From the NCBI GenBank assembly GCA_951406725.2, contig OX597832.1, positions 61,008,001 to 61,072,000 on the forward strand: a stretch of DNA of 64,000 bases, in the 5' to 3' direction. The stretch comes from Octopus vulgaris. Taxonomy: Eukaryota. Shown here piece by piece: positions 56,296 to 64,000 of this stretch. A program made the translations under genes and the position numbers. The notes below the pieces were generated by a model. The model ran no database searches, was not told the origin of the DNA, and saw only the letters and a program-made list of their open reading frames with translations. Positions within the stretch are counted from its first letter, which is position 1. Each line of letters opens with the position of its first letter.

Positions 56296-57306
56296 TTCTG
56301 TCTGTCTATCTATATCCACGCGCACGTTTGTATATGTGTACATTTACACTTATATTAATGTGATTGAGTGCAGGTATGCAGTTGCATACGCACACACACA
56401 CACCAACGCACGCACGCACGCACCCGCTCGTATTGATGAAGAAGAACAAAGCGAGAGAGTTGAGAGAGAAGCAAAAGGGTTTATGTCAACATTTCGGCAA
56501 AGATGAAGGATGTATTAAAAGCTAAGAAGAAAAAAAAACAACAACACCCCAACAAGAAAAACCAAACCAAAACAATAAAAAAAAAGGAGCAAAAACACAC
56601 AAAACAAAAGAAACTTTAAAAAACTAAAAAGGAACGCTTTTGATACGTGTATTTGAACTCAAATACTTGATGACGGCGGTGACCTACATTGAGTTAAGTT
56701 GCGGTACGTGATGTGAAATTATAATATTGATATTCTATTATGAGATGGGGTGGGTGGGGAGAACGAATGAATGAATTGTATACAACCCCCCTTACCCCTG
56801 GTACTACCACCGGATGATGATGATGATGATGATGATGATGCTGATGGTGATGGTGATGGTGGTAACTTTCGGTAGATAACAACATCTGTAGCACAAGGGG
56901 TAAGAAGGATGGTAAGTAAACGAATCTAAATCTAAAGAGGAGGAGATTTTAGATATTATAAATTTGGTGTAGAGGGAGTGCGAGGTGGGAGCGAGAGAGG
57001 GAGGGAATTTGGTGGGGGCGGTGGGGGCGATTGTTGTTGTTGTTGTTGATGGTGGTGGTCGTGGTGTTGGTGGTGGTCAACAGTTTATTCAGATGTTGCA
57101 GAAGGGTTGTTTGATGAAATGTTTGATATAATGGGAGTGGTAATGGTAGCAGTGGTGAAGGATAATTGTAAGGTGGCAAGCAAGGTTTCTGGGGCTTACG
57201 GCGGCGGCGACAGCGGTGGTGGTGGTGGTGGCGGTGGTCTGCAAGGATAATAGAAAGGGCGACTGAGATTGTGATGGTATTGATACGTCTGAGAGTGAAG
57301 GCGGCG

Positions 57307-57650
57307 GTTCTGAGTTCAAATTCTACCGAGGTCGACTTTGCCTTTCATCCTTTCGGGAGTCGATTAAAACAAGTACCAGTTACGCACTGGAGTCGATGTA
57401 ATCGACTTAATCCGTTTGTCTGTCCTTGTTTGTCCTCTCTGTGTTTAGCCCCTCGTGGGTAGTAATGAAATAGGTATTTCGTCTGCCGTTACGTTCTGAG
57501 TTCAAATTCCATCGAGGTCGACTTTGCCTTTCATCCTTTCGGGGTCGATAAATTAAGTACCAGTTTCGTACTGGGGTCGATCTAATTGACTGGCCTCCCT
57601 CCCCAAAATGAAAAATAATTCGGGCCTTATGCCTAGAGTAGAAAAGGATA
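57307..57650 (+). mobile_element. SINE family B, dimeric form
   Basis: B-box and core block occur twice (57307 and 57492). Confidence 0.8.
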
Positions 57651-57663
57651 TGTTTGAGAGTGT

Positions 57664-57948
57664 GGAAGACACATGGCTTAGAGCATTTGGTTCGCAATCG
57701 TAAGGTCCTGAATTCGATTCCCGGCTGCACGATGTATCTTTTTAAGCAAATCACTTAATTTCACGTCGCTCCAGTCCACTCAGCTGGCAAAAATGAGTAG
57801 TACTGGCAATTCAAAGGGCCAGCCTTGTCACATCTATTTTCACACGGAATTCCCTTGACAACTACGTTAAGGGTCTGCGTGTCTGTGGAGCGCTGAGCCA
57901 TTTGCGCGTGAATTTCACATACCAGGCTGTTCCGTTGATCGGATTAAC
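57664..57948 (+). mobile_element. SINE family C
   Basis: TGGCTTAGAGC, GAATTCGATTCC and CAAAGGGCCAGCCTTGTCACA. Confidence 0.75.
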
Positions 57949-59220
57949 CTATTAACTGCCAAATTTTTAAATTCATATTTTTGGCTTTGCTTGGTGTCTT
58001 AGGAATTAAAAATAATATATAATATTTAAGTTTTCTTCATATGTGAGTTATTTTGGAAATTATAAATTTTTCTTCAAGTCCCAAATGGGGATCGCTGAAA
58101 AAAAGCATATCTACCCTTTTCTATTCAATTGCAATAATAAACATTTTAGTTTTTCTTGAAACTATAGTATCAAATGCAAATGTGTATGAAAAAACAATGA
58201 ATGATATAAATGGGAAATGCAAAACAAAAAAGAAAGTTTTAAAAACGGTCAATGTCAATGTTTTTGTAGTTCAAAACTTGCGATTTATGACATGAAATGT
58301 CCTCCAAAATTAACCAGAGCTAATAATCCTTTCGATTATAGGCACAAGGCCTGAAAGTTTTGGGAGAAAGGAGATAATCGATTACATCGACCTCAGTGTT
58401 TTACTGGTACTTAAGCCAGAGCTAATAATGACAAACTTTAACTACTAAATATTGTTAAGCACACCTCTGCAAATGCAATGCGCATAAACAATTCACTGTA
58501 AATGCAACAAACAACCGGCAGTGAGACTGTTTTTAGCAGATCCCTAAACGGGGCTCATCATGGTAGGCAATGGGTTAACAGAAACACACATCGTCGTAAC
58601 CGACGGAGATCCTGTATGTTTGAGAGAAGAAAAAGAGCTTCGGTGATGGTGACGATGATGATGGTGGTTCTGTTCTTGATCGTATTTTATCGTAATGGCG
58701 GCAGGCAGAGAGAGGGATTTTCTTCATGGCTGGGGATCTAAGTAATGAAGGAATACGGGGTTAGTTTCGTGTTGTTGATTGTTTTTTTGGCATCGTTGTC
58801 GATGTTTAACCTCAAGTTAGTCCCGATCGACCAGTAGGCCTATCTATAATCAAAGGCATTCCAGCAATGCATGACCATCTCGCCTTTCCCCTCTGCGCAC
58901 ATCCAGTTTCTACCAGCTCGCCGCCTTATCTTTATGAAATATTCTTTTCTACTCAAACCACAAGGCCTGAAAGTTTGGGGGAAGGGGCCAGTCGATTAGA
59001 TCGACCCCAATACGCAACTGGTACTTAAATCTTTTCAATATTTATTTTTGCTTGTAATAGCCGGTTCTTTTGGTCAGACTATCGTATCTCCAGCTGCTTC
59101 TCATGCCAAGATATCAAAGATTGTCAAAGTGTAGAGCAACAGTTTTGCTATGGAATGGTGGAACTATTTTCCCGTTTTCTGAAAAGGCAACATTTTGAAC
59201 TTACGACACTTTTGTAGCAA

Positions 59221-59256
<36 letters not shown>

Positions 59257-59309
59257 ATCACACACACACACATATTCACACAAACACACATATATCCGTC
59301 ATACACATA

Positions 59310-59434
59310 TTCTGTTTCAGTCATTGCTTAGTCGAACAAATCCACCCCCGGTATCTTTTGCCGAACCACTTAGTTGCAGGAACATAAACACACCAACATC
59401 GAATGTCAGGTAGGGGAACAAACACAGACACACA

Positions 59435-59485
<51 letters not shown>

Positions 59486-59647
59486 GACGGGCTTCTTTCA
59501 GTTTCCGTCTACCAAATCCACTCACAAGGCTTTGGTCGGCCCGAGGCTATAGTAGAAAATACTTGCCCAAGGTGCCACGCATAGGGACTGAACCCGGAAC
59601 CATGTGATTGGTAAGCAAGCTACTTACCACACAGCCACTCCTGCGTC
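59310..59647 (-). mobile_element. SINE family A
   Basis: 5' half well conserved, 3' half deleted or degenerate. Confidence 0.8.
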
Positions 59648-59649
59648 TA

Positions 59650-59726
<77 letters not shown>

Positions 59727-61387
59727 TACATACATACGCACATATATACATACATACATAAGCCCACTGTCGGTTGCCCCAGTGTGGGTGTGTAATTAAG
59801 ATGTTTGTGGTGAGGGTCATGATTTGTGTGGAGGGGTGGGGTCAGGAGTTCATGTTTAGCTCTTGCGTCAGCATTCTCTTTTGCCTTTTATATTAGCATT
59901 ATTTGGTGGTGGTGCTGGTGGGAGCACTAATAATTACATAGTGCTGCTGTTTTTGATGATGATCAATGCAATAACAGTATCAATACTTTTAGAGTATTAT
60001 TAATAGTAATATCAATGGTATTGGTGGTGGTGGTGGTAACATCGATAATTGCACTTTGTTGTTGTTGGTGGTGATGACGATGATGATGATGTTGATGGCA
60101 GTAACAAGATTAGTACTTTTAGGGTATTAGTAATAGTAGTACTGGTGGTGGTGGTGGTTGTGGTAATGGTGATCACATTCATGAAGATGGTGGTGGGGAT
60201 GGTCACATTAATAATGGTTGTGGTTGTGGTTGTGGTGGTGGTGGTTGTAGTGGTTTTGATAATTGTGTAGTGTTGCTGTTGTTGTTGTTGATGATGATGT
60301 TGATAACAGTGATAGAACTAATAATACTATTAAAATATTAGTAATATTAGTATTAACAGTGGCGGCGGTGGTGGTGGTAGTGGTGGTGGTGGTTGAAAAA
60401 TGATTATTAACGACACACGCACATACACACTATATATTTGCTTTTAATCAACATTCAATGACTAACCATGGAAGTAGTGGTGGAAGTGGTGTGTGTGTAG
60501 GGGGGGGGGGGGGGCAATAGTCATTATTGGTGTTGATAATGAGATGAGTCAACAATGTTAAATTAGAGGAAGTAAGTATGAGTTGGTGTGATGGCGGTGG
60601 GGTGGCTCTGTGCGTGTGTGGCTATAAGTGGTCTGGCAATTAAAGAGATATGATGAGGTCAGTCAAATTGACTGTCTGACTTGGGTGGACTCTCAAAACA
60701 CTTCTGGTCTGTCATAGAATGCTTTGATTACAGCACCCAGCCATCCACCCCCTACCTCCTCCCAGAACTTACCACCACCACCACCACCACCACCACCACC
60801 CGTCTTCTTCTCCCTTTCCTTCCCACTGTCCCCACCGTCCCTATTTGACCCATTAAGTAAATAAGGGAATTTTCACACCAGTACAAAAAGTATTACACAA
60901 TATGAGCAATGGCCATCTAAGTTTAGGCACTTCAACAACAACAACAACAACAACAATAAGTGGGGCTTCTCTGTGCGTAATTTAATCTTCAAACAGTCCT
61001 AGTTTTCTTCTGCCAATCAATGACAGACTCAAGTGATAGAGAGATGAGAGAGTATCAAAGGGACAAGATGAGCCAGCAGGCACAGACAAGAGACGTATAT
61101 AATTATATGTACGTATGGATGGATAGATGTATGTATGTTTATATGTATGTATGCATTCATGCATATATATATGTATATGTGCATTCATGCATGTATATAT
61201 GTATGTATGCATTCTTATATGTATGTCTGTATGCATGCATGCATGCATGTTTGAATGTATAAATATATGTATGTGTATCTCTCTCACTCTGTGTATACAT
61301 ATTTGTCTTTCGTTGTTCGAAAGAATAGTTCATCTTCCATGTACTCGTGCTTCGTACGTTTTTATTGTACACATCCTGAACCCGCAT

Positions 61388-61448
<61 letters not shown>

Positions 61449-61456
61449 TATAGATG

Positions 61457-61647
<191 letters not shown>

Positions 61648-61648
61648 A

Positions 61649-61682
<34 letters not shown>

Positions 61683-61948
61683 CATGTTATTTATATATAT
61701 ATATATATATACATATATATACATATATATATACATATTATCTATATATATATATACTTTGATACTTTGATACTTTGATAGGTTTCGGCCATTATTGGCC
61801 CAGGCCATGTCTAACTTAATAGCACCACCATACATACACAAACACACACAAGCACACAAAGATAAATGTCGAATGATGAAATGAGTGCTCAACACCACAA
61901 CATGAAACCAATGTTAGCTTTAATTCGCAAATTATGAATATCTATCTA

Positions 61949-61995
<47 letters not shown>

Positions 61996-62028
61996 GTCTG
62001 TCTATCTACCTGTCTATCTGTCTGTCTA

Positions 62029-62061
<33 letters not shown>

Positions 62062-62600
62062 ATGTATATATATATATATATATATGAGAAAATCTCTATA
62101 AGGGACGAAAGCAGTATCTATACTGAGAAGCATAGATGCTGAAAAGTAATATTTCTCACCATCATGGGTTGTCTCTAAGAATGGACGATACATCCTTCAG
62201 CTGGTTAATAATGTGCTTTGCAATTGATATATGTTGTAAGCGGGGAGAGAACCCCTTACTATCCAAGCTATTGAATCCATCAAGCCATACGGTTTTGACT
62301 TTATTCTGCAATCATTACCATGCCGAAAAATAAAATGCTTAGCACCACTTCTTTGAACTTCATATGTTCTGAGTTCAAATGCCACTAGAATCGACTTTGC
62401 CTTTCATCTCTTCTAGGGTTGATAAAATAAGTAGCAGTTGAACAACTGGGGTTGGTGTAATCAACTTACCTACTTACCCAAAATTGCCGGCCTTGTGCCA
62501 GAACTTGAAACCAATAAAGACCTTTAACGAAGTCCCTTAATTTTCTGAATAGGACACCCAACTCCAGTAGGGGATTGTTTTTATTTTGACTGCTATTAAT

Positions 62601-63001
62601 ATTTTTTCTACTCTAGGCACAAGGCCCAAACCTTTGGGGTGGTGTGGGGGCAGTCGATTAGATCGACCCCAGTATGCAACTGGTACTTAATTTATCAACC
62701 CCGAAAGGATTAAAGGCAAAGTCGACCTTGGCGGAATTTGAACTCAGAACGTAAAGACAGATGACTTACCTATTTCTTTACTACCCACAAGGGGCTAAAC
62801 ACAGAGAGGACAAATAAGGACAGACAAACTGATTAAGTCGATTATATCGATCCTAGTGTGTAACTAGTACTTATTTAATCGACCCCGAAAGGATGAAAGG
62901 CAAAGTCGACTTCGGCAGAATTTGAACTCAGAACGTAATGGCAGACGAAATGCCACTAACCATTTCGCCCGGCGTGTTAACGTTTCTGCTAGCTCGCTGC
63001 C
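62601..63001 (-). mobile_element. SINE family B, full dimeric form; degenerate plus-strand copy at ~62320-62520
   Basis: Head GGCAGCGAGCTAGCAGAA on minus, two core blocks, tail GCCTAGAGTAGAAAA. Confidence 0.85.
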
Positions 63002-63929
63002 TTAGTTGGGGCATTGTTCGGGCATTGAAATCATTTGTGTATTTGGTATTTTTGGTTTTTTGACATTTGTATGGTTTTTATAGCTATTGCTAGTATAACC
63101 CAGAGAGGTTCAGATTCCATGTCAGCACCTACTTGTAGAGTACGCTATGGTGATAAGTTTAGTATTTCAGAAATAGCAGCCGAGGCACAGAGTTCCAATG
63201 TACGCTATCCAACAATGACCAACACCACAAAGAAGGCAATTTGCTGACTTGCATGTCTATGAATGACGGTCATCATAGTTACATGTGAGCAATGCAATAA
63301 TCCTGCTTGACCACTAAGCTGTACAGGAAGAAGCGACGTGAAGTGGTGGCATTGTTCTTGTCCATTCATACTTTCTGCATTAGTTATGTAATTTAGATTG
63401 TTTGTATGGAATGAATGAGAGTTCACTCTGCTCACTTCTGGGCAGTTTACTTTCATTTTATAAATTCCTAAATAGTTCTGCTGGAGTCCAAATCAGTCAG
63501 CTGCTGTGCTGATGACATGTATCGGGGTAGAAACATGACCATGGCTGTTTCCAGATAATCAAAGTTGTCTTTTTATGAATGGAGTGTCAAATGTGGAGAT
63601 ATCTTGATTCTAGAGATTATCACTGCTAACAACTGACCGTTCTTTCCTCTCTGAAAGTGGCGATAATTTTAGTAAATCAAGAATTTGCCTTGTATGGTAT
63701 TTAATATACACTTACTAATTTTTAGGTACACACACACGTCATCATCATCATCATCATCACATCCACTTTTCCATGCTCACATGGGTTGGACGGAATTTTA
63801 TTAAGGCAGATTGTCAACGGCCGGATGCTCTACCTGTCCCTAACCATCACCTTTTCCAAAGTAAAGTAATATTTCCCCATTTATCAGACACTTCTTTCAT
63901 GGAAGATTATTTGCATGCTAGTGACATTT

Positions 63930-63967
<38 letters not shown>

Positions 63968-64000
63968 CACGGAGTGGTTGGCGTTAGGAAGGGCATCCAG

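Overview
This is AT-rich eukaryotic DNA with no supportable host protein-coding gene. It is dominated by simple repeats ((TA)n, (CA)n, (TATG)n, (TATC)n, (AAT)n, (GAT)n) and transposable elements. The SINE families and microsatellite landscape look like those of an Octopus (coleoid cephalopod) genome; this is inferred from recalled repeat sequences, not from a database search. Almost all ORFs in the supplied track are microsatellite artefacts. The real coding remnants are two RTE-clade LINEs, a Penelope-like element (PLE) N-terminus, an R4/Dong-type endonuclease fragment and an internally deleted mariner. The window also holds three tRNA-derived SINE families, two Helitron-like elements, hAT- and Tigger-like MITEs and a 46-bp minisatellite. 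The most striking signal is a dense, diverse set of type I hammerhead ribozyme (HHR) motifs, about a dozen in at least six unrelated contexts, nearly all with a short self-complementary stem III that would need dimerisation. These include (i) a head-to-tail 166-bp dimer with two intact cores (retrozyme-like), (ii) a tRNA-headed SINE-like unit ending in a PLE HHR, and (iii) a motif with an apparent G3-C8 swap. Also notable are a twin-priming-type 5' inversion in an RTE LINE and a ~770-bp palindrome whose inner arms are homogenised. All alignments and folds were done by eye, and boundaries of degenerate repeats are approximate.
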